A stretch of 32,812 nucleotides of DNA, taken from IMG/VR virus record IMGVR_UViG_3300036772_000245, positions 1-32,812 of that record. One strand, 5' to 3'. Of this stretch, positions 9,296 through 18,272 are shown in pieces. Position 1 is the first letter of the stretch, and every line of letters begins with the position of its first letter. Origin of the DNA: a virus. Lineage: Duplodnaviria; Caudoviricetes. Below the pieces are notes generated by a model. It saw only the letters and a list, made by a program, of their open reading frames with translations, did no database searches and was not told where the DNA came from. Position numbers and translations under genes: made by a program.

Positions 9296-9778
9296 TTAGC
9301 TCATATAACGAAGGCCTGGGTAATACGGAAGTGTGTAGCGATATCGCGGCCACGCCGTATCCAGAACATTCATATAGCCTGCTGTGATTTGTGCTTGTAT
9401 CGCGGTCCATGACCCATTTTTAACTGCAAGGGTATAGGGGACAGATGCGGGTGCAGTCAGGTCTGTCGAAACATAGTTTCGGTATGTCAACGTGGCACCA
9501 GAAAGATTATCCAGCGCGCTGCGGATCGCCGTAGAGACCACACCATCGATATTGTCGATCGCAAACTGGAGATCCTGCGTTCCGTCACTGTTTCTGGCTG
9601 GAAGTGCAATGTCGATGGCGGCGGCAGTAAACGTCACCAAATCACCATTTTCTGTCGTGGCAGTTATATCCTCGTAACCCTTACATAAGTAATAAGTTTC
9701 CGGACCAATGTTGATTTGCAGTGTTTCGATGATCACTTCTTCACCAGATGATGCATAAAGCCTATTCAGAATAGTCAT
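9296..9778 (-). CDS. minor tail protein (DUF1833 / L-like)
   Basis: MTILNRLYAS..., LQFAIDNIDG; synteny. Confidence 0.8.
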   Translation of the reverse strand: MTILNRLYASSGEEVIIETLQINIGPETYYLCKGYEDITATTENGDLVTFTAAAIDIALPARNSDGTQDLQFAIDNIDGVVSTAIRSALDNLSGATLTYRNYVSTDLTAPASVPYTLAVKNGSWTAIQAQITAGYMNVLDTAWPRYRYTLPYYPGLRYMS

Positions 9779-10248
9779 GCTCCAGGCCACTCCCGATTTA
9801 GTGCAAGGTCAATAATGTCGCTATTGATGATGTAATCAGGGAAGTTGCCCCAATCAGGCAAAAGAATCGGCCTTTCCCATAGTTCAAGGGTGGCGGTATA
9901 ACGCCAGTAGTTCCCGCCCTCAATAGTTGGCCCTTCATAGATATCAACGAAGCGACAAACATAGACATCAGTTATTCCCAACGGGGAGCGAAGGGGCATA
10001 TTGAACCAATCCGCCCCATCATGAATGGTGTCACGATACCAGGCCTCAAATAGCTGCCCTTCAGGATCGCTGAGTGACCAGGCTACCGAAGCCTGTGTCG
10101 GTGTCGATGTATATAGCCGCCGTTGTCTTGCTCTTCCGGATGTCAAATCAGTCCGTAGTAAAGGGCTAACCGGCTTCAATCCATATCCATCCTGCAAAGG
10201 AATAGGCAGGTAATCTGCCGGATAATTTATGCTGGTTGTCTTCGCCAT
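9775..10248 (-). CDS. distal/minor tail protein (M-like)
   Basis: RTDLTSGRARQRR motif; immediately after tape measure. Confidence 0.75.
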   Translation of the reverse strand: MAKTTSINYPADYLPIPLQDGYGLKPVSPLLRTDLTSGRARQRRLYTSTPTQASVAWSLSDPEGQLFEAWYRDTIHDGADWFNMPLRSPLGITDVYVCRFVDIYEGPTIEGGNYWRYTATLELWERPILLPDWGNFPDYIINSDIIDLALNREWPGA

Positions 10249-12803
10249 TAACCCGTTCTCCGTCCAGTGTTCCATCGACCCATGGCTTTTGAAATATCTC
10301 CCTTACCTGTAGCGAGATCGCTGGCCGCCTGCTGATATCCCATTTTGGCTCCGTCAGCAGTCGCCTTTTTCATCATGGCAATTTGAGTATCAGAAGGGTC
10401 ACCGTTCACGTTAAAATTAAACGTTGGGGCGTATTCTTTTCCGGTCGATGATTGCTGATTAACTCGATTCAGGGTTTCATCAAGCTTTGCGGATGTCTGA
10501 GATGTAACGACACGCTCACCCTTTTGCAGTAACCAGGTGCCTGTTTCTGGAACGCTGTCGATACCATCGTGAGCCATACCAGCAAGAGATGATGTTGCGA
10601 CACCTGCCACTAGCGGTACCGTTACAGCGGCAGCAGCAGCCATGGCGGCTGGTGCAAGCGCAGGGCCAACAATTGGAATGGCCGCTGTCGAAGCGTAGGC
10701 CGCCAGTTGCGCCTGCAAGGAGGTAGCCTGGGCATTTGCAATCAAAGATCCAGCCGCAGAGGCCTGTGTGGTTTTCCCTACCAGAAGTTGCACCGCCTGA
10801 TATACCAGCCATTGAGCTGCCATATCAGAGAGAGTCTTGATAATGGTCTCACCAAGACCGGCAAAGATATTACTGAAGAAGTCGCCCAGCCCCTCTGTAT
10901 CTTTAACAAGTGCCTGAATATTCTCTGAGATGGATGACGTTGCCCCGCCGATTATTGATGTCATGCTGTCTGCAGCGATTTGGTAATAATCACTCGCGTT
11001 GTCAGCATAATCATTGAGAGCATCCATGATGCCATCTTGCCAATCCCCCATCTGGGCATCCGACTTTTTGTAATAATCCTGCTGTATTTCCAGGCGTTCA
11101 TCTAACGCCTGTTGTAGGGAGTTAGTTTCCTCGTCATAGAGAGATTTGCTGATGTCCCCGTTTTGATATTGCTTCTGAAGATCTGCCTGCTTCTCAAGAA
11201 AGTCGCGCTGAATATCCAGCTCTTCCTTCATTCGCTGGCGGGTTTTATCTCCCATGCCAGCCCCGATAAAATCAGAATCGTTAGAAGCTTTTGCATTCTG
11301 ATTTTGCTTACGGAGATTGGCACTGTACTCAGCAAGTTTTAGGTTATCTTCGTTGGCTTTTTTAAGCGTGTTAAGGCTGTCTATCTCAGTAGCGAGTTGC
11401 TTTAACCTTTCCTGCTCAGCAGCATTGAGGCCAGTCAATTTACCGGTAGTTAGATCAAAATTAAGCTTGGCAAACTCAGTGACCTGTGCCGTCTTCTTAC
11501 CGGTAGTGTCAATCAGCTCGATTTGTCGAAGATAGCTTTGTTCAGTCGCCTTGAATGCGCTTGCGAGTTTTTTTACACCTGCATCTGGCGTTACTTTCCC
11601 GTTCGTTCCGCCGGGAGGTAAAGCAAACTGACTTGTACTTCCTGTTGTTGCTGGAGCAAGAGGTAAAACAGGCTGTTTCTGCTTACTGAGCTTATCCCGT
11701 GTAGCAATAAGATTATTGAGCTCATCGCTCAACGTTTTCACACTGTCGTCGGCGCCAGAAATCCAGCTAAAGAAAGATTCTCCCTGGCTGTAGGTGTCAT
11801 TACGCCCATTAAGGTTTTTTTGGAGGTACTCAATTCGCTCGCTAATCTGGTCAATATTGCTGAGATCAATATTCCCGCTAAGCGCGGCCATGCGGTTACC
11901 AGTATTAGCCGCCAGCTCTCCAGCAGAAGCTGCAGCTTTAACCAGCCAACCGGCTAACTGTGCAACCTCCGAAACGAGATTTGTGATCCCCTGGAGTATT
12001 TCCGGGTCAGTTAATACGTCCCGCAGTTGCCCAAGTGATGACTGCAGTGGAGAAAGGTCGACTTTCGCAAGGCCCGCCGCAATCTCCATTTTTAGCCCTT
12101 GCACCTGGGCTTCCATATCTTCAAAGAGGGCATTGACCTTTACCAGGTCGTCAATAGATTGGGGATCAGGAGCCACCCCGTAATCTTTAGCCAGGCTGAT
12201 GAACTGCTCTAACTTTTTGTTATTGTTGTCAAAGAGGGGCAACAGTTTCGACAGATCATTACCAAGACTTTCGAGAATTGTTGTTTTCTCGGCGTGCGTG
12301 CCAATTTTCCCCAACGCATCACTGATAGCCAACAGTTGCTTATCAACGGGAACTTTAGATAACTTCTCAGCGGACAATCCAAGGGCATTTAACGCATCGA
12401 CCGCTTCACCGGATTTATTGAGTACCGCATCACCAATCTTATCGCCGATATCCTTAAAGATATCTGCCATCTGATCACCAGTGACCCCGGCTTTCTCCGC
12501 TGCAAACTGCCAGGCAAGCAAATCCTGTGTGGCGATATTTAAGGACTTCGCCCAGCGATCTGTTTCTGCAATTTGTTTTGAGGTGGATTTAAGCAACTGA
12601 AAACCAGCAGCACCTATTGCAGCACCAGCGGCAATAGCAGCGGCGGCGGTTCCGGCTATTGCCGCACTGGTGGTTTCAGCATCCTTCTGTACCTGCTTAC
12701 CCCATTTTTCTGAGGCCCTTTCCGCCTGGTTCATTCCTGATATGAAGCCGCCAGTTTTAGCGATCAGGTCAATCGTGAGCGTGCCGAGTGATTTACCAGC
12801 CAT
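10248..12803 (-). CDS. tail tape measure protein
   Basis: 851 aa, Ala-rich and helical; LGTLTIDLIA N-terminus; C-terminal GMAHDG...LLQKGERV. Confidence 0.95.
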   Translation of the reverse strand: MAGKSLGTLTIDLIAKTGGFISGMNQAERASEKWGKQVQKDAETTSAAIAGTAAAAIAAGAAIGAAGFQLLKSTSKQIAETDRWAKSLNIATQDLLAWQFAAEKAGVTGDQMADIFKDIGDKIGDAVLNKSGEAVDALNALGLSAEKLSKVPVDKQLLAISDALGKIGTHAEKTTILESLGNDLSKLLPLFDNNNKKLEQFISLAKDYGVAPDPQSIDDLVKVNALFEDMEAQVQGLKMEIAAGLAKVDLSPLQSSLGQLRDVLTDPEILQGITNLVSEVAQLAGWLVKAAASAGELAANTGNRMAALSGNIDLSNIDQISERIEYLQKNLNGRNDTYSQGESFFSWISGADDSVKTLSDELNNLIATRDKLSKQKQPVLPLAPATTGSTSQFALPPGGTNGKVTPDAGVKKLASAFKATEQSYLRQIELIDTTGKKTAQVTEFAKLNFDLTTGKLTGLNAAEQERLKQLATEIDSLNTLKKANEDNLKLAEYSANLRKQNQNAKASNDSDFIGAGMGDKTRQRMKEELDIQRDFLEKQADLQKQYQNGDISKSLYDEETNSLQQALDERLEIQQDYYKKSDAQMGDWQDGIMDALNDYADNASDYYQIAADSMTSIIGGATSSISENIQALVKDTEGLGDFFSNIFAGLGETIIKTLSDMAAQWLVYQAVQLLVGKTTQASAAGSLIANAQATSLQAQLAAYASTAAIPIVGPALAPAAMAAAAAVTVPLVAGVATSSLAGMAHDGIDSVPETGTWLLQKGERVVTSQTSAKLDETLNRVNQQSSTGKEYAPTFNFNVNGDPSDTQIAMMKKATADGAKMGYQQAASDLATGKGDISKAMGRWNTGRRTG

Positions 12804-12805
12804 GC

Positions 12806-13111
12806 TTATGTCCACTCCTGCATTGCCTGGTCCAGGGAAATGGCAGGCTCATTAATATGGGGGGTAAAATCAGTAACTTTGAAAGGTGGGGTGTCTTTTC
12901 CCCGATTAACGTTTGCCAGCACAGATGAAACGAGGCCAGCAGCCCACTCAGTACGCATCATTGGATTAAGGCTTCCATACTTCTGTCGGTACAGCACCCA
13001 GTCCCGGTACTCGGTCAAGCTGATGCGCTCTTTTGCTTCGGCTACTGTTCTCCCGCCGATCCCGTTAAGTACTAATTCGCACCAGAACTCGTCTTCTGCG
13101 CTGAGCTCGCC
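12806..13111 (-). CDS. tail assembly chaperone, T-frame (C-terminal part of G-T fusion)
   Basis: -1 frame after the slippery site reads GELSAEDEFWCELVLNGIGGRTVAEAKERISLTEYRDW...QEWT. Confidence 0.85.
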   Translation of the reverse strand, partial: GELSAEDEFWCELVLNGIGGRTVAEAKERISLTEYRDWVLYRQKYGSLNPMMRTEWAAGLVSSVLANVNRGKDTPPFKVTDFTPHINEPAISLDQAMQEWT

Positions 13112-13452
13112 TTTCCCATACTGTTAACTTCCTGAATGGCCACCAGGAGAGCTACTGTCAGGCTACCGTCGAGAGCGCCGCGTTCCGGATCCGCCTCACC
13201 AGTAATATCGGCAATTGTGAATACCTGCTTGCCATCTTCATCACAAATGGAAGCTGCGATGCGACCGGCCACACCATCAACTTTTCCTGTGATCGCCAAC
13301 ACTTCACTAGTCGCTGTGTGATATCCCATTGGGCGGACATACGTAGTTGCTTTGTGTTCGGTGCCGTCTTTGGTTTTCCAGTTAATTTCTTTCTCAACCG
13401 GGCGCCCTGTAAATGCGCCTGTCTGCTTAAGTGAATTCAAAGTCAGTTTCAT
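13072..13452 (-). CDS. tail assembly chaperone (G-like)
   Basis: Between tail tube and tape measure; carries the slippery site. Confidence 0.85.
   Translation of the reverse strand: MKLTLNSLKQTGAFTGRPVEKEINWKTKDGTEHKATTYVRPMGYHTATSEVLAITGKVDGVAGRIAASICDEDGKQVFTIADITGEADPERGALDGSLTVALLVAIQEVNSMGKASSAQKTSSGAN
13111..13117 (-). other. programmed -1 ribosomal frameshift site GGGAAAG
   Basis: ATG GGA AAG; same heptamer as lambda G-T; -1 frame open to 12806. Confidence 0.9.
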
Positions 13453-13490
13453 TGCTTACTCTCAATTGGCGGGGTTTCCCCCGCTGGTGA

Positions 13491-13991
13491 TTAGCTGGTT
13501 GGTTGAGCTTTACGAACCCATTGTCCCTGGCCATTACGCTGAATGGTTGCGGATGTCTGGACCACCGTATTAGCTTGGAAATCAAACGGGAAATCTGACA
13601 CATACCCTTTAAATACATACCAGGTTCTGTCATCAGGAAGCACAAGCCCATCCACTGCGTCAGGATTTAAGCCAGTTGCATCGTATGTTGGAACTGAGTC
13701 ACCATCGGCCCAACCGATAGCAAAAACTAAGTCTTGCTGATCGTTACTCTCTGCAAGGTCGCTGAGCATTACATGACTATCATTTGCTGGGTCAGCATTG
13801 AGCGTTGCTGTTGCCTGCCCTGGGGTGCGAAGCCCCTTTTTATAACTACGAGTGTTTCGCTCGCTTAAACAAGTATCCTCGATCTGGTCTGCAGGACTAC
13901 TACCTGGGGAAAATGAAGTAATGCATTCAACTTCACTGACCACGTTGTTATTGACTACAAATAGCTGCGTGCCTTGAGTCACTACTGACAT
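13491..13991 (-). CDS. major tail tube protein
   Basis: SVVTQGTQL, IEDTCL, GLRTPG and FKGYVSDFP motifs; ends ...KAQPTS. Confidence 0.9.
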   Translation of the reverse strand: MSVVTQGTQLFVVNNNVVSEVECITSFSPGSSPADQIEDTCLSERNTRSYKKGLRTPGQATATLNADPANDSHVMLSDLAESNDQQDLVFAIGWADGDSVPTYDATGLNPDAVDGLVLPDDRTWYVFKGYVSDFPFDFQANTVVQTSATIQRNGQGQWVRKAQPTS

Positions 13992-14007
13992 AATTATCTC
14001 CGGACAT

Positions 14008-14031
14008 AAAAAAACCGGCTCAAGGCCGGTT
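14008..14031 (-). terminator. terminator upstream of tail tube gene
   Basis: AACCGGC-cttga-GCCGGTTTTTTT on the minus strand. Confidence 0.7.
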
Positions 14032-14044
14032 ATGGAAGGTTTCG

Positions 14045-14413
14045 TTATCTGCTGACTATCCAGTCAACATCGAAAGAATATCGGTATCGTTTCGTTTCAG
14101 GATCGCGCGTCTGATCACCCCATCGCGTGATGTAAGCCTTCCCTTCAATCGCATCTCGCAACGCGCGCGCCACATTCATGGACTGCATTGGAGTGTCGCC
14201 ATAGATATCAACTTGCAGCGAATACTTATCCGCGTCAGGGCGCTGGTTAAGGTAATTTTCAGGCCCTCCACCGGGAATGTTCTGCCAGACAGCGTAGGGA
14301 TAAACTCTGACGTCATCCTGTAGACCAAACGGATAAAGGCGAACTGGCGAATCGCCAAGCAAACTTTTAACCGCTGCATCCGCAGAGCAAACGGCGAATA
14401 TCGGGGGGATCAC
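14045..14413 (-). CDS. tail terminator/completion protein (DUF3168-like)
   Basis: YPYAVW, LQVDIYG, YRYSFDV; synteny. Confidence 0.8.
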   Translation of the reverse strand: MIPPIFAVCSADAAVKSLLGDSPVRLYPFGLQDDVRVYPYAVWQNIPGGGPENYLNQRPDADKYSLQVDIYGDTPMQSMNVARALRDAIEGKAYITRWGDQTRDPETKRYRYSFDVDWIVSR

Positions 14414-14895
14414 GGTTTCACTCCTTTTTTCTGTGCGCGCTTAATGGCCCGGTCGATACCGAGTTCATATTCATTGGCAAAGGTGTTGAACGTTTCGTTC
14501 ATCCTGGATGTGGCCGCTGCGCGAACAAGTGGTTTGGAGGCCATGTTCTCGGTGCCGAACTCGAGCAGTCGCCAGTGCGGGGTCGGGGCGTCTTTGCCCA
14601 TGCTGGGATGTTTCTTTAGTACAGCGCCCTGGAGTATCCCGATACGAAATGCGAGATCGCCGGTTTGCTTGAATACCTTTCCGTTCCAACGCTGAGCTGC
14701 GTTATCAGCGATGCTTCGAGCCGTATGGGTGTCATCAAGCCGTAGTGCGTTATTCTTTATCTGAGTGACAATGATATTCCCGGCCTTACGCAACGCTGCT
14801 CGACCACTTTTCCTTTTCAGGTCATCGCCTATTTCGGCAAGCTTACCCAGTAAAGAATCAAGACCATCGAGCTTAACTTCCACACCATCAGCCAT
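14410..14895 (-). CDS. HK97 gp10-like neck/tail component
   Basis: WRLLEFGTENMASKPLVR motif. Confidence 0.85.
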   Translation of the reverse strand: MADGVEVKLDGLDSLLGKLAEIGDDLKRKSGRAALRKAGNIIVTQIKNNALRLDDTHTARSIADNAAQRWNGKVFKQTGDLAFRIGILQGAVLKKHPSMGKDAPTPHWRLLEFGTENMASKPLVRAAATSRMNETFNTFANEYELGIDRAIKRAQKKGVKP

Positions 14896-15220
14896 CGTTT
14901 ACACCCTCTGAACAAGGAAGTGTCAGATACTCCAACCCGCTATCCGGATCCGGGAGCACGGCCTCTATGTTATAAATGCCCCCCCTGAACAGGATGCGAT
15001 GTTTGTCGCTTATGTCTGTCCGGTAGCGAATTTTAATGCGGGATGTGATTTGGTTCTGATATGCCTGTGCCGCGACAAAGTCACGGGCCGACACGGCGGT
15101 AACTTCGGCCCAGACTGGTTTCACATCTACCCAGGAATCAATCATCGCACCAGTAATCGGGTCCTGAACCTTCACAGTTTCCTGCAGCATAATGCGATGC
15201 CGTAACGGTCCAGCTTTCAT
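14888..15220 (-). CDS. head closure / head-tail adaptor (SPP1 gp16-like)
   Basis: MKAGPLRHRI...IRYRTDI...YNIEAV. Confidence 0.85.
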   Translation of the reverse strand: MKAGPLRHRIMLQETVKVQDPITGAMIDSWVDVKPVWAEVTAVSARDFVAAQAYQNQITSRIKIRYRTDISDKHRILFRGGIYNIEAVLPDPDSGLEYLTLPCSEGVNDG

Positions 15221-15222
15221 AA

Positions 15223-15441
15223 TTACCGCCTGATAGTTTTTTGGCTTAGATATTGAGGCCTGGTATCATTCAATTCGGTAACCTCTACATCATCGCGATC
15301 TTCACTAAGTACTTGAACAATTACGGAGCATAACGCTTCGTTTGATTCAGCCAGGCGGCTTATTGCCGCGGTTTGTTTCTCCATCGCCAGCGCCTGTTTG
15401 TTCATTGCCTCGATTAGCTGATTTACCAGTTGTTCGTTCAT
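15223..15441 (-). CDS. small hypothetical coiled-coil protein
   Basis: 72-aa ORF ending 2 nt before the head closure start. Confidence 0.55.
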   Translation of the reverse strand: MNEQLVNQLIEAMNKQALAMEKQTAAISRLAESNEALCSVIVQVLSEDRDDVEVTELNDTRPQYLSQKTIRR

Positions 15442-15502
15442 ACGCGACCCGCATCATTTTTTTAATCCATGCCTTTCGGCGTTCACAACCTGCACATGCC
15501 AT
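15347..15502 (-). CDS. small CxxC protein (51 aa, not in ORF track)
   Basis: AGGAG RBS; MACAGCERRKAWIKKMMRVAYERTTG...PPG*. Confidence 0.5.
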   Translation of the reverse strand: MACAGCERRKAWIKKMMRVAYERTTGKSANRGNEQTGAGDGETNRGNKPPG

Positions 15503-15510
15503 AAGGACTC

Positions 15511-15837
15511 CTACATTATTGTTGGCCGGCGAAGATCATAGATAAGCATTGATACCGACCACGGCAACTCGCCCTGCTTTAGTTTTTCCTCTTCTTCACC
15601 GCCTCGGTTTCGGTCAAGATAGCCAAGCAGAACCAGTAAAGCTGTTTGCATTCTGCTTAGCACTTCACCATCAATAAGGTCACCATTTTCGGCTACAACC
15701 TTATCGCGGCTACCCTGGATATAAGCCAATAGCGCAGCGCTGCCGCCCTGAATTTTTAACGTCAGATCGGAATCGCCGTAATCCTCATCAATGCGCAAAT
15801 GCATCTTCGCTTCATCAAGCGTTACGAGTTCAATCAC
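15511..15837 (-). CDS. head-tail connector (HK97 gp6-like)
   Basis: LVTLDEAKMHLRID...LLVLLGYLDRNR. Confidence 0.85.
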   Translation of the reverse strand: MIELVTLDEAKMHLRIDEDYGDSDLTLKIQGGSAALLAYIQGSRDKVVAENGDLIDGEVLSRMQTALLVLLGYLDRNRGGEEEEKLKQGELPWSVSMLIYDLRRPTIM

Positions 15838-16727
15838 GTTTTATCTCTCCCGTCCCGGCCGCGCTTGGTCGCCAACGTCCAGCCTTTTGAACCATTTTCG
15901 CCTGGCTTATCAGCGGACTCTTCATCGCAGTGCCACATTGAACCGCCCCAGGTAACCGTATCGCCGGGTTTGTAAACATCACCAGATTTGAATACACCAC
16001 GATAAATCAACGTTGGCATGGAGAAAGATTTACTCTCTATTACACCGCTGGCACGCGTAACGGTAACGGTGAAGTTCCGCTCGTCGGTATTGACGATATC
16101 AATACCTGCAACGCCATCGACCAGACATTCCCAACCACGCATGCCGTGGGTTTTTTCGTAAGCGCGCCATAGGCCGCCTGAATGGGTTGCATAGCTGCCG
16201 CGCGGGTAGCTTTTCTCTTCGTCAATGAAGGGTGACACTTCGAGTTGAAGAGCGTCGCGTCCATGTTCGCCATCAATCGCCGGCTCTGGTACTGGCAGCG
16301 CAGCAATAGCATCACTCACCATCGAAGCAATATTTGGGAGTTCCGGTGCTGAGGGTGCTGGAATATCTGCAACAGCCTCTTTCACCAGTTTCTCAAGCAT
16401 TGGCCTAACGTCTTCAGGCGTGATGCTTTTTGCTGGCTCAGGTGCTGGCAGCGCTGCAACAGCGTCACTTACCATCAAAGGTATATCTGGCATGGCTGGA
16501 AGCTCAGGAACCTGCACAAGGGCAGCGGCCTCACGCGCCAGCGCTGAAACGTCAGGTTCTGAAGCTTCTTTCAACTCATCAACAGACTGGCTCAGCGAAG
16601 AAAGCTTTTCCTCAAAAGCTTTCTGCTGATCTTCTAGCTGCTTTGCAAAATCCATTTTAATACCTGAAAGCACAGCGCTGAACTCTTCAGTGATCACCTT
16701 TAATATTTCAATTTCGCGTTCATTCAT
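15834..16727 (-). CDS. portal-coupled hypothetical virion protein with Pro-rich repeats and C-terminal aromatic beta modules
   Basis: ATGA overlap with portal; two 51-aa-period repeats; YxxGxxxxxxGxxW motifs. Confidence 0.7.
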   Translation of the reverse strand: MNEREIEILKVITEEFSAVLSGIKMDFAKQLEDQQKAFEEKLSSLSQSVDELKEASEPDVSALAREAAALVQVPELPAMPDIPLMVSDAVAALPAPEPAKSITPEDVRPMLEKLVKEAVADIPAPSAPELPNIASMVSDAIAALPVPEPAIDGEHGRDALQLEVSPFIDEEKSYPRGSYATHSGGLWRAYEKTHGMRGWECLVDGVAGIDIVNTDERNFTVTVTRASGVIESKSFSMPTLIYRGVFKSGDVYKPGDTVTWGGSMWHCDEESADKPGENGSKGWTLATKRGRDGRDKT

Positions 16728-18070
16728 TTGGCAATCATCCCTCTAATCATGGCCTTCATTGCAATCACCTCATAATCAGAAATAGCTTTGGATGCTGGTT
16801 CATCTGGTTGCACAGGTGGTTGAGATGACGATGTACTGAAGGGGTTATCCGATGCATCACGCCGAGCTAGCGCTGGCAGACTGTAATTCTGCTGTTGAAG
16901 ATAGAGCGCATCACCGCCTTCAACGGGTGGAAGGTTCTCTTTTTTACGTGCTTCGTTTGGTGTCAAAATGGTGTTTTTCACCCCTTCACCCAGGGTTTTC
17001 ATCCTGCGCTCGCTGTCCATGCGGAGGAGAGAACTGATATCCAGCTCTACCTCTTTCCGCTCATCAAGCTCAAAGGCTTCATCTAGTAGAAGTTCTATGG
17101 ATTCGATAAGAACCTGTAGGCACTGCGAGTAATATTGCTGTTCAAGAGCTTCAATATTGTCGTAGGACGGCATGTCGCCTACACCTACTTTGTAGGCTGG
17201 GACATGAAAAGCGGAGCACACCATTTCGGCAGACAATTTTTGCTGTTCAACGGTATCAGCATCAACGGCTGACATGGTAATAGGTTGATAGGCTGCTCCA
17301 CCAGAAAGAAGCCCAGTCTTACCGGCGTTTTCTCCTGTATAACCTGTGTCCCAGTTAGCTTTAATCTCCCTTGCCTTATCCTCACTGACAGACCCAGGAA
17401 TTGTGATCACACCACTCGGCTTACCGCCATTTTTAAAGAAAAACGCAGAGCTTTCAAGAATATGTTTGCCCTGCAACGCAGCAGTACCACAGGCGTAAAT
17501 TGGAGATACACCAATTAGCTGATGGAAAAGACAGTTGAACCGGTCATGAATAATTTCACGCGCTGGAACTGTAACTTGTGTCGGCAGCCCGCTGATATTG
17601 TCTGGACTGATTTGATAGAAAACAGAACCATCATCAGCCACAAGTGGCACAACCTTATCGGGGTCCAGAATTCTGAGTTCAATGATCTCGCCCAAGCTAT
17701 TCCTTACCTTCATCACGTATGTGTTCCCATGACAAAGTTTCGAATTTACCCAAGCTTCTTGGAACTGGATCCGATTCTGAAACTGATTAGGCCTATTGAA
17801 AAGCTTGTCGAGTTTCGTATCTTGCGTATCTTTCCAAACCCCATTTGAATCTTTGGCTTTCAGACCGGGTGGCATTTTTGATATATCACTGGCAATGAGA
17901 GATATGCAGGAAAAAACAGCATAGTACGACAGTACTGTTGGGTTGCTGATCTCCATGTTCCGTTGCCACGCTCCAGCAAACGGCTCCTTAACGAATGAGA
18001 AAATCGATGTCCAACCGCGAGATGAAGGTTGCTGTAGCGACTTCTCTTTCCGCTTTAAAAATTTCCACAT
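16724..18070 (-). CDS. portal protein (HK97 family)
   Basis: VFSCISLIASDI, HGNTY, GVSPI, FFKNGGKPSG and NEARKKENLPP motifs. Confidence 0.95.
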   Translation of the reverse strand: MWKFLKRKEKSLQQPSSRGWTSIFSFVKEPFAGAWQRNMEISNPTVLSYYAVFSCISLIASDISKMPPGLKAKDSNGVWKDTQDTKLDKLFNRPNQFQNRIQFQEAWVNSKLCHGNTYVMKVRNSLGEIIELRILDPDKVVPLVADDGSVFYQISPDNISGLPTQVTVPAREIIHDRFNCLFHQLIGVSPIYACGTAALQGKHILESSAFFFKNGGKPSGVITIPGSVSEDKAREIKANWDTGYTGENAGKTGLLSGGAAYQPITMSAVDADTVEQQKLSAEMVCSAFHVPAYKVGVGDMPSYDNIEALEQQYYSQCLQVLIESIELLLDEAFELDERKEVELDISSLLRMDSERRMKTLGEGVKNTILTPNEARKKENLPPVEGGDALYLQQQNYSLPALARRDASDNPFSTSSSQPPVQPDEPASKAISDYEVIAMKAMIRGMIAK

Positions 18071-18240
18071 CAGCCAGTCCCCGCATTATCTTTTTTTCTG
18101 CCCCTGCCACCAGTACGGCACCCGGTTAAGTATTTGGCCTTACCGAGTAAAACCAGTACCTTCGCGCACTGGTCATTCACATCCTTCTCATCGCCAGGCA
18201 ATGAGTCATGTGTACGCTGAAGGTATTTGATTTTTGCCAT
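18070..18240 (-). CDS. small basic head/packaging accessory protein (56 aa, not in ORF track)
   Basis: MAKIKYLQRTHDSLPGDEKDVNDQCAKVLVLLGKAKY...; TGATG coupling to the portal start. Confidence 0.6.
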   Translation of the reverse strand: MAKIKYLQRTHDSLPGDEKDVNDQCAKVLVLLGKAKYLTGCRTGGRGRKKDNAGTG

Positions 18241-18272
18241 AAAAAATGGCGAGGTTTCCCTCGCCCTCCGTT

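Noticed and set aside
12806-13018. Independent 70-aa gene
   Set aside because: Better explained as the -1 frame of the G-T fusion
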